A DNA stretch of 56,038 nt from assembly GCA_964626665.1 (NCBI GenBank), contig CAZVGK010000022.1, forward strand, positions 1-56,038, given 5' to 3'. The notes under the pieces are model-generated. The model did no database searches, was not told the origin of the DNA, and was given only the letters and a program-made list of their open reading frames with translations. Each line of letters begins with the position of its first letter. Position 1 is the stretch's first letter. A program made the translations under genes and the position numbers. Origin of the DNA: an uncultured Gemmatimonadota bacterium (GTDB taxonomy: Bacteria; SM23-81; DAOVCL01). Positions 8,280-17,152 of the stretch are shown here, piece by piece.

Positions 8280-8570
8280 AGCAAGACCATAAAGCAAGCT
8301 CAGTATCAGGCATATAGAGCAGTTAATAAAAAACTTATCAGTCTTTACTGGGATATAGGTAAATCCATTGTTGAAAAACAAGAGAAATTAGGTTGGGGAC
8401 AGAAAATAATTCAGCAACTTGCCGAAGATCTGCAAAAAGAGTTCCCTAAAAATAGTGGCTTTTCTTATGCAAACTTAGATCGAATGGGGAAGTTTCATCT
8501 TGCCTACAAGGACAATCCAAAAATCGCACAACTTGTGCGAGAAATACCCTGGGGACAGAACATCGCTTAA
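8280..8570 (+). pseudogene. DUF1016/YhcG N-terminal domain remnant
   Basis: Manual translation gives SKTIKQAQYQAYRAVNKKLISLYWDIGKSIVEKQEKLGWGQKIIQQLAEDLQKEFP..GFSYANL..M..F...PKIAQLVREIPWGQNIA-stop. There is no in-frame ATG at the 5' end and the nuclease domain is missing. Confidence 0.8.
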
Positions 8571-8922
8571 AGATTTAAGAAGACTTGAAAGAGCAAAAGC
8601 AGATGGGAGTGAGTACATAAAAGGTCTCGTTGAAATTTATAATCGATACAGAATGGGCGACCTAAAATCTACGGAAAGAGAGGAACAAGAATACAAACCT
8701 GTCGAGTTAGTCTGCTGCGAACGGTTGAAATGATTAATTCAGAAGAGTTAAGCTAAGCGAAGGAATTTCCCCTTTCTTCAGAAGCAAGTAACTTCTCGAT
8801 TCATAGATATCCAGATGAGCTTACCCAGCAGTCCTACTGTAAAAACAGGTTTTTAGATCTGTCTGAGAAAAGTTCACTCGCATTTCCACCCTACAAGGAT
8901 CCCTTTGGGTTGAGGATATTTT

Positions 8923-9429
8923 ATGAAGCGCCTTCATCCCTCAAATAATTCCGATTTGGGCACGGTTTTGGAAAGCATCAAAGATCTGCTCAGGTCCAAA
9001 TCTGTCCAGTTTAAAGAGGTGCATCACCAACCGACGAGGACCTCTAGGGAATCAGCGCTGGCGAGGGGTGAGAACCTTGCCATCGGCGGGAAGGCCCTTG
9101 TCTTAAAGGTGGATGATACCTTTAAGCTCTTTGTGCTCAGTGCAGCAAGAAGGCTGGATTCCTCGGCCATAAAGAAGCATTTTCACGCCAAGGGGATTAG
9201 ATTCGCCGGTAGGGAAGAACTTAAAAAATTGACTGGGCTGGAACCAGGTTCCATCCCTCCGTTTGGAAGGCCAATAATCGATTTAGAGCTGTTTGTGGAT
9301 GAATCGATCTTAAACAATGCGAAAATCGCTTTCAACGCTGGTTCCCTGACCGATTCAATAGTGATGGCAGTAAAAGACTATCTGCAATTGGCAGAGCCTA
9401 AGCTCTTTAGCTTTTCGACCAAGGTTTGA
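8923..9429 (+). CDS. YbaK/ProX-type aminoacyl-tRNA editing domain protein
   Basis: HQPTRTS..SA..RG, GGKALVLK, TGLEPGSIPPFG and IAFNAG motifs. Confidence 0.85.
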   Translation: MKRLHPSNNSDLGTVLESIKDLLRSKSVQFKEVHHQPTRTSRESALARGENLAIGGKALVLKVDDTFKLFVLSAARRLDSSAIKKHFHAKGIRFAGREELKKLTGLEPGSIPPFGRPIIDLELFVDESILNNAKIAFNAGSLTDSIVMAVKDYLQLAEPKLFSFSTKV

Positions 9430-9498
9430 TAGAGATCCCCACAATGACACATAGCCCAGTAAGTTTCAATAAGTTAAGCCAATTTGTTCCAGCCCCAA

Positions 9499-9545
9499 CC
9501 AGGGGGCAATTTTAGAGTGCATTATAGCTTGCCCCCGGTTTTTTA
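9499..9545 (+). terminator. Hairpin followed by T tract, possible terminator
   Basis: CCAGGGGGCAA...TTGCCCCCGG followed by a T run; the loop is long. Confidence 0.45.
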
Positions 9546-9640
9546 TGTCTCACTGTAAAACATAGTCCATTTAAGCCCGGTAGTGGATTCTTCCAATTTC
9601 TACTAATCTTCATTTAAACCGATGGGAAGGTGACAGTTAG

Positions 9641-10300
9641 GTGATTAACCTCAAGATGGTGATTTCCCTGCTTCCTCTCAGTCTTATCCTATCCTTGGCC
9701 CTCTTAGGCCAGGGAGAGGACTCTCAGACTATATTGAGGAGAATGGAGGCCAGGGTGGACAGCCTCTCCGACTTTTCCACCGAGTTTGTGCAGAGGATAA
9801 GCTATTCTCTGAGCGGGAAGAGAAAGAGTTTCCAAGGTAGGCTCTACCTGAAGAGGCCAGGGAAGTTCCGGATAGAGACCAAGGATTACGCCTTTGTTTC
9901 CGATTCCCACACCCTCTGGGTCTTCTCGGCCCGCAACCAACAGGTGACTACTTACCAAGCAGATTCCGCCCCTCCCTCCCTCAACCCCTATTCCATCCTT
10001 TTAGATTTTCGGAAGGAGTTTGATCTGGACACCCTTATGGTGCTCAGCGGTTCTGAGAAAAGAACAATTTATCTCCAGCTTCATCCCAAGGATGAGGGAT
10101 ATATAAAGCTATTAGAGATCTGGTGCGATGGGGGGGATCTTCTCCCCCGGAGGGTAAGATATGTGGATAATGCGGATAATTTAGTGGACTTCAATTTCCA
10201 GGTGATTGGTTTTGATCAGGGGATTAGCGATTCCATCTTTAGCTATTCCCCTGCAAAAGGGATAGAGGTAATTGATATGAGGCGGAGGGATGAAAGATAA
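9641..10300 (+). CDS. lolA: Outer-membrane lipoprotein carrier protein LolA
   Basis: Signal peptide, F.Q...G.LYLKRPGKFRIE, VSD..TLW, QV motifs and C-terminal F.YSP..G.EVID; adjacent to rimO. Confidence 0.8.
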   Translation: MINLKMVISLLPLSLILSLALLGQGEDSQTILRRMEARVDSLSDFSTEFVQRISYSLSGKRKSFQGRLYLKRPGKFRIETKDYAFVSDSHTLWVFSARNQQVTTYQADSAPPSLNPYSILLDFRKEFDLDTLMVLSGSEKRTIYLQLHPKDEGYIKLLEIWCDGGDLLPRRVRYVDNADNLVDFNFQVIGFDQGISDSIFSYSPAKGIEVIDMRRRDER

Positions 10301-11636
10301 GTTCTACCTGTTGAGCTTGGGATGTCCCAAGAACTTGGTTGATTCAGAGGCTATGGTTGGCAGGTTGATCCGGGCCGGTTTCTCCTTCACCACCTCCCCC
10401 TCGCAAGCAGATCTTCTCCTGGTGAATACCTGTGGTTTCATCGATGATGCTCAGGCCGAATCGATAGAGGCTATCCTCCAGCTTTCCCAATTAAAGAAGA
10501 AGCTGATAGTGACCGGCTGCTTAGCCCAGATCGAAGGTAGGCAAATCTTTCGCCGTATTCCAGAGGTCTCCGCAGTGGTGGGCATTGCTGGGGAGAAGGA
10601 GATTTCCCAAATCTGTCTGCATCTTATGCAAACCAATCAACGTATTCTCAAGCTGGGCCCCCCTTATCCGGACCAAGGTGAATATACGATCTTCAAACCT
10701 CTTACCCCCTTTTACACCTCCTACCTGAAGATAGCCGATGGTTGTGACAACCGCTGTAGCTATTGTCTCATCCCCAAGATCAGAGGGAGATTGAAGAGCA
10801 TACCAATGGAGCTTGTAATGCAGCGGGCTAGGCTTATGGCCCAGAGGGGGGTAAGGGAGATAATCTTGGTGGCTCAGGACCTCTCCTCCTATGGTGCGGA
10901 TCTCTACGGGAAGCCAATGCTTGCTGAGCTACTCAGGCAATTGGATGGATTGGAGGGGCCAAGTTGGATCAGACTTCTTTATCTTCATCCAGCTCACCTA
11001 AGTCAAGAGTTGATAGAGGTAATAGCCTCTGGGGATAAGATCTGCAAATACCTTGACCTCCCCCTGCAGCACATATCGGACCGCATCCTGAAGGAGATGA
11101 ATCGAAAGACGAGAGGCGAAGAACTGGAGGAACTCATCTCCCTCCTCAGGGCCTCCATACCGGGAGTAGTGTTGCGGACAACTTTCATTGTGGGATTCCC
11201 AGGGGAGAGCGAGGAGGAGTTTGAGGAGCTTCTGAGGTTCGTCTGGATGGGTAAGTTTGAAAAGTTGGGATGTTTTATCTACTCCCCGCAGAGGGGAACC
11301 TCAGCGGCAAGGCTACCCAATAAAGTCCCCTTGGAAGTGAAGAGGGAAAGGCAGGAGAGGCTCCTGGCCCTGCAGGCGGAGGTCTCTCGGATGGTAAACC
11401 AGAGAAGGGTCGGTAGAAGGGAGGTGGCCCTCATTGAGGGGAGGCTCTCTTTAGATACTTATGCTGGCCGCACCCAGGGGGAGGCCCCGGAGATAGATGG
11501 TCAGGTTATCGTCAAAGGGAGGGATCTGAGACCGGGAGATATGGTGATGGTTAGGATCACTGGTGCCTCTGACTTTGACCTTAGCGCCCAAGTAATCAAT
11601 GATGCTAAAGCACAGGGCGCCAGTTTGGGCAGTTAG
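10290..11636 (+). CDS. rimO: Ribosomal protein S12 methylthiotransferase RimO
   Basis: SLGCPKNLVDSE, NTCGFI, radical SAM CDNRCSYC, and TRAM domain with APEIDG. Confidence 0.95.
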   Translation: MKDKFYLLSLGCPKNLVDSEAMVGRLIRAGFSFTTSPSQADLLLVNTCGFIDDAQAESIEAILQLSQLKKKLIVTGCLAQIEGRQIFRRIPEVSAVVGIAGEKEISQICLHLMQTNQRILKLGPPYPDQGEYTIFKPLTPFYTSYLKIADGCDNRCSYCLIPKIRGRLKSIPMELVMQRARLMAQRGVREIILVAQDLSSYGADLYGKPMLAELLRQLDGLEGPSWIRLLYLHPAHLSQELIEVIASGDKICKYLDLPLQHISDRILKEMNRKTRGEELEELISLLRASIPGVVLRTTFIVGFPGESEEEFEELLRFVWMGKFEKLGCFIYSPQRGTSAARLPNKVPLEVKRERQERLLALQAEVSRMVNQRRVGRREVALIEGRLSLDTYAGRTQGEAPEIDGQVIVKGRDLRPGDMVMVRITGASDFDLSAQVINDAKAQGASLGS

Positions 11637-11764
11637 TCTTCGCCCTGTTTTTGTCTCAATGAAACCGCTTCTAAGGATTGAATAATTCCCGAAAGGGTAA
11701 GTTGTTTTCGGAGATTCTTACAAAGCCCCTCCAATCGGGATAGAGGAAAATTCTGAGGCAAATT

Positions 11765-12589
11765 TTGAAGAGAATAAATTGCCTTTGGCTATTTTGGGGG
11801 ATTTTAATTTCAGCCGCTGTGAATAGCCACCCTTCTAATGCCTCAGGCAATACCTTATTGGCGAGGGACGCCAGACATTTTCTCAATGTTGGCTGGGGTT
11901 TAACCCAGGCTCCACTTCACTTTAACCCTACCGATTGGGGGCGAACCTGTCTTCTGGCTGGCTCAACCGGTTTGTTGTTTGCCGTAGACAAAAATGTGAA
12001 AAGATTTACCCTCTCCCATCGCAGTTCCTTCTATGATGAGCTCTTTAACCTCGATCAATACTACGGGAACCGCTATACGTTAGATTCGGCCATTGGATTA
12101 TATGGCTTAGGCTATCTTCTTAAAAACAACAGGGTTCGCCTGATGGGGCTTTATTCCATAGAGGCGATCTTTTACTCGGAGAACTTAACGGCCTGGTTAA
12201 AAATGTTTTTAGGAAGGCGCCGTCCCTGTGCTGGGGAGGACAATCTGGTCTTTAAACCCTTTAAGCATCAAGCCCTCTACAGCTCTCTGCCCAGCGGCCA
12301 CGCCACCGTTGGCTTTGCTGCCTCCACTGTGCTGGCCAAATCACTCAATTGTTCCTACTGGAAGATCTTCTGGTACGGGGTTGGGGTGCTAGTTTCTGCC
12401 TCCCGGATTTACCACAATGTCCATTGGGTATCTGATCTATTTTTTGGCGGAGTAATCGGTTACAGCACGGCAAGCTGGGTGATGAATTTTGATAAGAAGG
12501 GATCAGCGAGCAGGAGCAGACATTTATTTGGAGAGATCTACCCCTACCTTTCTGTCAATGGGTGGGGGGTGCGGGTGCGTTTAAAATAG
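11765..12589 (+). CDS. PAP2 family phosphatase
   Basis: K...GRRRP, PSGH and SRIYHNVHWVSD catalytic motifs. Confidence 0.88.
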   Translation: MKRINCLWLFWGILISAAVNSHPSNASGNTLLARDARHFLNVGWGLTQAPLHFNPTDWGRTCLLAGSTGLLFAVDKNVKRFTLSHRSSFYDELFNLDQYYGNRYTLDSAIGLYGLGYLLKNNRVRLMGLYSIEAIFYSENLTAWLKMFLGRRRPCAGEDNLVFKPFKHQALYSSLPSGHATVGFAASTVLAKSLNCSYWKIFWYGVGVLVSASRIYHNVHWVSDLFFGGVIGYSTASWVMNFDKKGSASRSRHLFGEIYPYLSVNGWGVRVRLK

Positions 12590-12592
12590 GGG

Positions 12593-12619
12593 GATCGGGG
12601 TCAGCCCTTGACATTGGAC
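12593..12619 (+). repeat. Left imperfect inverted repeat bounding the larEBC segment
   Basis: GATCGGGGTCAGCCCTTGACATTGGAC; its reverse-complement partner is at 15877-15903. Confidence 0.6.
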
Positions 12620-12659
12620 AAAAGCTCTTAGGGGTAGCTATGGCAAGTATTACAAGGCG

Positions 12660-12697
12660 AGGTGGCATCCCGATTTATCGGGATGCCACCTTTTTTT
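12660..12697 (+). terminator. Strong palindrome / intrinsic terminator
   Basis: AGGTGGCATCCCGAT-TT-ATCGGGATGCCACCT followed by a T run. Confidence 0.75.
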
Positions 12698-12818
12698 AGA
12701 CTTCCGCAAACCATCAAACATTAGCCCCATCTCCGCTGTTTCATTCAGTGCTCGCTTTAATGGCTAAATCGCCAACTTCAGATTGCCACTTTCCACTCTC
12801 AACTTTCAGTGAAAAAGG

Positions 12819-12847
12819 TTGACTTTCAGCCAGTTCTTAGTTATTCT
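12819..12847 (+). promoter_or_regulatory. Putative sigma70 promoter for larEBC
   Basis: TTGACT-N17-TATTCT, about 230 nt upstream of the larE start. Confidence 0.5.
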
Positions 12848-13081
12848 GTAATAGTGTGATGGGAAGGTCCTTGGTTCCCGTGGATGGGTAGGGAAGGCGA
12901 AGCAACCATAAGCATTTGCATAGAGGCTGTTACAGTTATGTTACTGAAGTGGTATTAAGGGAATGAGATTTGGTTTATGGGAGAGCAGTCTTTATAATTT
13001 TATGGATTCCCTTATTTCTACATAATGGCGAATTAACCTTTAGTGAGTAAAAATTGATGGTGTTTAGAAGATGATTTATAT

Positions 13082-13906
13082 ATGAAAAAGTTTGGACTTT
13101 CAACGAAATTGAAGTTCCTGAAAAATATATTATCTGAGATGGGGGGCGTGCTCATCGCTTATTCGGGTGGAGTGGATAGTACTTTTTTACTTAAAATTGC
13201 CTCAAGTGTGTTAGGAGACAGGGTGGTTGCTGTTACTGCAACTTCGGAAACATATCCGTCAAGAGAGTTGAAGGGGGCCAAGAAAAATGCGAAAATGCTT
13301 GGCTTGAAACATATTGTTATCAATACGAATGAATTGGATAACGAAAACTTTGTATCTAATACTCCCAAAAGATGTTACTATTGTAAGAAGACGCTGTTTT
13401 CTGAGTTAGTAAAATTAGCGAAGCAATATAAATTAAACTATGTAGTTGACGGCTCAAATTATGATGACACAAGTGATTTCCGTCCGGGTATGAGGGCAGC
13501 CTCAGAATTTGGGGTGCGGAGTCCTTTAAAGGAAGCCAAGTTCAGGAAAACTGAAATCAGAGCTCTATCGAAGGAAATGGATTTGCCTACATGGGATAAA
13601 CCTTCTCATGCTTGTTTATCAACAAGATTCCCATACGGCGACAGAATCACGCGAGAAAAACTTTCAAAAGTTGAACTTGCAGAGGAGTTTTTAATGGGAT
13701 TTGGTATCAAGCAATTGAGGGTCAGGATTCATGGTAATATAGCGAGAATAGAAGTTTTAAGGGAAGATATGCCTATTTTTCTTGACAGGGATATATCAAA
13801 AAAAATCGTGAGGAAATTTGAAGCTCTTGGATATGTATACATTACTTTAGATATTCAAGGCTATCGAATGGGCAGTATGAATAAGCAATTAAAAATTAAG
13901 GAATAA
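13082..13906 (+). CDS. larE: LarE, ATP-dependent sulfur transferase for NPN cofactor synthesis
   Basis: PP-loop SGGVDS, RCYYCK, DFRPG, WDKPSHACLSTRFPYG and RVRIHG motifs. Confidence 0.93.
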   Translation: MKKFGLSTKLKFLKNILSEMGGVLIAYSGGVDSTFLLKIASSVLGDRVVAVTATSETYPSRELKGAKKNAKMLGLKHIVINTNELDNENFVSNTPKRCYYCKKTLFSELVKLAKQYKLNYVVDGSNYDDTSDFRPGMRAASEFGVRSPLKEAKFRKTEIRALSKEMDLPTWDKPSHACLSTRFPYGDRITREKLSKVELAEEFLMGFGIKQLRVRIHGNIARIEVLREDMPIFLDRDISKKIVRKFEALGYVYITLDIQGYRMGSMNKQLKIKE

Positions 13907-13909
13907 AAT

Positions 13910-14668
13910 TTGGAAAGAAAGAAGATAAAGAGACTTTTGGAAGATGTTAAGGCTGGTAAAATTGGGGTTAGCAGTGCAATGGAAGTTTTGAAATCATTCC
14001 CGTATGATGATCTGGGTTTCGCTAAAATAGATACCCATAGAGACTTAAGGAAAGAGTTCCCAGAAGTAATATTCTGTAGAGGAAAAACAATAGAACAAAT
14101 AACAAAAATCGTAGAGAGGCTTTCAACGAGAAATGAATTTGTTATGGCTACTAAAGCTGATAGGGAAATTTATAAAGGTATCAGAAGCATAAGGGAAGAT
14201 GCAGTCTATTATGAAACTGCTGGAATAGTATCAATTGGTCAGAGGGAAAAGAAAAAAACTACGAAAACAATATTAATAGTTAGTGCTGGAACATCTGATA
14301 TGCCAATTGCTGAAGAGGCGGCAGTCACCGCAGAAATCATGGGAAACGTTGTGGAAAGACTTTACGATGTCGGTACTGCTGGAGTCCATAGATTATTCTA
14401 CAATAAAGAGAAGTTGTTTAATAGTAATGTCATTATAGTTATTGCTGGGATGGAAGGGGCTCTGGCAAGCTTAGTTGGAGGATTGGTTGATAAACCAGTA
14501 ATTGCAGTTCCCACTAGTGTAGGCTATGGTGCCAGTTTCGAGGGGTTGGCTGCATTGTTAACAATGTTGAACTCTTGCGCACCGGGCGTAGTAGTGGTGA
14601 ATATAGATAATGGATTCGGCGCTGGATACTTTGCAAGCATTATAAACCAGAGGGAGGTGAATAAATGA
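13910..14668 (+). CDS. larB: LarB, NaAD carboxylase/hydrolase (PurE-like)
   Basis: AGTSD, AGMEGAL, AVPTSVGYG and LNSCAPGVVVVNIDNGFGA motifs; TTG start. Confidence 0.93.
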   Translation: MERKKIKRLLEDVKAGKIGVSSAMEVLKSFPYDDLGFAKIDTHRDLRKEFPEVIFCRGKTIEQITKIVERLSTRNEFVMATKADREIYKGIRSIREDAVYYETAGIVSIGQREKKKTTKTILIVSAGTSDMPIAEEAAVTAEIMGNVVERLYDVGTAGVHRLFYNKEKLFNSNVIIVIAGMEGALASLVGGLVDKPVIAVPTSVGYGASFEGLAALLTMLNSCAPGVVVVNIDNGFGAGYFASIINQREVNK

Positions 14669-16407
14669 ATGTAGCATACTTTGATTGTTTCTCAGGTATA
14701 AGTGGAGATATGATTTTAGGAGCATTTATAGATGCTGGATTCGATCTGGAAGAGCTAAAATCAGAACTGAAGAAGCTGAAAATATCGGGATACAAAATTG
14801 AATCTAAAAGCACAATGAGAAATGCAATTTCCGGGACAAAAGTCAATGTCCAGGTAACCAAGCAAACTGCGGAGAGACACCTGGATGATATCGTTGAGAT
14901 TATCGAGAAAAGTGATCTGAGCGATAACATCAAAGAGAGAGCCAAAGGAATATTCAGAAATTTAGCCGAAGCTGAAGCTAAAATACATCACAAGGATATA
15001 CACGAGATTCACTTTCACGAGGTGGGAGCATTGGACTCTATTGTGGATATAATCGGCTCCCTGATTTGCCTGGAAGGATTGAGTATCCAGACGGTCTATT
15101 CGTCGGAAATCCATGTGGGAAGAGGTTTTCTTGAGTGTCAACATGGAACTCTTCCCATCCCGGCTCCAGCCACAACAGAGTTGTTGAAGGATATACCAAT
15201 CTATTCCAGGGGCATAGAATCAGAACTAACCACCCCAACAGGCGCCGCAATCCTAAAAACTATATCCAAGGGTTTTGGAGACATTCCAAAAATGAAGGTG
15301 AAGAAAATCGGTTACGGCGCTGGAAGTAGAGAATTGGAGATACCAAATTTGTTGAGAGTCTATATTGGTGAGGTGAATGACTGTGAATACGAGGAAGACA
15401 AAGTTATTCTTATTGAAACAAACATCGATGATATGAACCCAGAGTTTTTTGATTATGTTTTTGAAATGCTTTTAAAGAAAGGTTCTCTTGATGTTTTTAT
15501 GACACCAATATTCATGAAGAAAAATAGGCCAGGGATCATGCTCGGTGTTTTAACTCGAGAAGATAAACTTGATGAAATTCTCTCAACGATCTTTACAGAA
15601 ACAACAACATTGGGGGTCCGAATTCATCGTTTAGAAAGAAAGAAACTTGTAAGGGAAATTGTTTCAGTCGAGACAAGATTTGGCAAGATAAGAGTGAAGA
15701 TGAGCAAAATTGGAGGGCAAATCAAAAATACCGTTCCAGAGTATGAAGACTGTAAGGAAATTGCGGTTAAACTGGGGATACCTTTAAAGGATATATATGA
15801 TGAGGTGAGAAGAACTGCTCAAGAAACGTTATTTGATGGATTGGATGAAGATTGTATGGTACCTAAGGCAGCTAAATTAGAATTTAAAGGTTTGACCCCG
15901 ATCATTACCATGAGACAATTGAGTTTCAAGTTGAAGCAAATTGGAGTTATACGAACTCCATATACTGATAGTGCACCATATCAGCCTGTGGAGGAGGACG
16001 AGGGAGATTTCCGTATAGTAATTGAGCCCCAATATACCGATGGACTCTATGAACTTGCCAGATTTCGCTATATCTATGTTATTTACTATATACATCAGGT
16101 AAAGCAAGAGGTATCAATGATTGTATCTCCTCCATGGACTGGTGGCGTAAATGTGGGCGTGTTTGCAAGCAGATCACCTGTTCGCCCGAATTACATTGGG
16201 CTTAGCGTTGTTCGTATAAAACGCATCATAAATAATGAGATTTTAACATCGGGCTTGGACGCGTTCGATGGAACCCCGTTGCTTGATATCAAGCCATATA
16301 TAAAGGACTTGGATGCAAAATCCGATGCCAATTATGGTTGGATCGAAAAAATGGATAACCCTGAACATCTCCTTTTACATATTAAGGGTATTCCCCATGA
16401 TTACTAA
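14665..16407 (+). CDS. larC: LarC nickel insertase fused in frame to a C-terminal TrmO/TsaA-like (UPF0066) domain
   Basis: Residues 1 to ~390: FDCFSGISGDM, HFHEVGALDS, TPTGA, ETNIDD, MKKNRPG, ETTTLGVR, PEYEDC. From Met416: IGVIRTPY, GVFASRSPVRPNYIGLS, DGTPLLDIKPY. No stop codon between the two parts. Confidence 0.88.
   Translation: MNVAYFDCFSGISGDMILGAFIDAGFDLEELKSELKKLKISGYKIESKSTMRNAISGTKVNVQVTKQTAERHLDDIVEIIEKSDLSDNIKERAKGIFRNLAEAEAKIHHKDIHEIHFHEVGALDSIVDIIGSLICLEGLSIQTVYSSEIHVGRGFLECQHGTLPIPAPATTELLKDIPIYSRGIESELTTPTGAAILKTISKGFGDIPKMKVKKIGYGAGSRELEIPNLLRVYIGEVNDCEYEEDKVILIETNIDDMNPEFFDYVFEMLLKKGSLDVFMTPIFMKKNRPGIMLGVLTREDKLDEILSTIFTETTTLGVRIHRLERKKLVREIVSVETRFGKIRVKMSKIGGQIKNTVPEYEDCKEIAVKLGIPLKDIYDEVRRTAQETLFDGLDEDCMVPKAAKLEFKGLTPIITMRQLSFKLKQIGVIRTPYTDSAPYQPVEEDEGDFRIVIEPQYTDGLYELARFRYIYVIYYIHQVKQEVSMIVSPPWTGGVNVGVFASRSPVRPNYIGLSVVRIKRIINNEILTSGLDAFDGTPLLDIKPYIKDLDAKSDANYGWIEKMDNPEHLLLHIKGIPHDY
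15877..15903 (-). repeat. Right imperfect inverted repeat, inside the LarC-TrmO linker
   Basis: The reverse complement GATCGGGGTCAAACCTTTAAATTCTAA matches 12593-12619 (first 11 nt identical). Confidence 0.6.
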
Positions 16408-16455
16408 ATAAGATGCAAATGAATGAAAATTGGCATCTCTACTGATGGAGCCAGC

Positions 16456-16998
16456 CTATCTGCCGAAGAACATACCTCCCCCCAAAAGCAGGGAGAGCAC
16501 AACCATCACCAGAGCGGTGAGGATGATCACCACCCCTGCCTTTCCCCTATCTAAGGAGAAGACCTCTATTATCCCCCGGGCGGCGATGTAGATCCCATAA
16601 AGGGCAGCCAGAGTTCCCACCAGCGGGATCCATCCGAAGACGCCTACGGCATTCGTATAGGCCAAGATGCGAAAGGATCCCTCGTAGCTTCCCTGGCCCG
16701 GGAAAAGCTGGGTGGAGAAGAGATAGAGAACGGCGGCAACCAGGAAGGTCATCAGTGTAGCCCCCACGAATGCGGAGAAGAATCCTCTGATCCCCCCTCC
16801 AAAAATAGCCTTAAGCAGGCCATTTGCTCCTAAACAGACCAACATAAAAAGGGCTGGGGGCAGAAATCCCCCCTCCCTGGGCATCTGACGGAAGAAGAGG
16901 GAAGGGTTGATGAGCACTCCCTTCCAGGTCTCCCAGAGGCTGCTGGGGAAGTTGCTGGGGTCAAATTCATTTACCGCTACCTTATCCATCTCATCCAT
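16456..16998 (-). CDS. YIP1 family membrane protein
   Basis: TWKGVLINPSLFFRQMP start, GSYEGSFRILAY and WIPLVG motifs, five hydrophobic helices. Confidence 0.75.
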   Translation of the reverse strand: MDEMDKVAVNEFDPSNFPSSLWETWKGVLINPSLFFRQMPREGGFLPPALFMLVCLGANGLLKAIFGGGIRGFFSAFVGATLMTFLVAAVLYLFSTQLFPGQGSYEGSFRILAYTNAVGVFGWIPLVGTLAALYGIYIAARGIIEVFSLDRGKAGVVIILTALVMVVLSLLLGGGMFFGR

Positions 16999-17086
16999 AG
17001 ATTCCTCCTTTGGTTAGATGAACGGCAATTAAAAATTAAGAATTAAGTTCAATACCTGCTTTAACTAATTCACTAGTGAGCTGGGG

Positions 17087-17150
17087 CAGTTGTCAGTCAT
17101 CAGTTGACAGGGGTTTTTCCTGATACCTGAAAGCTGACCTCTGGAAGCTG
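17087..17150. repeat. Inverted pair of heptamer tandem arrays
   Basis: CAGTTGT CAGTCAT CAGTTGA CAG ... CTGATAC CTGAAAG CTGACCT CTGGAAG CTG. Confidence 0.6.
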
Positions 17151-17152
17151 GT

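Noticed and set aside
12850-13080. NiCo riboswitch or NikR operator upstream of larE
   Set aside because: TGTTAC repeats are present, but I could not find a properly spaced palindrome or the riboswitch consensus.
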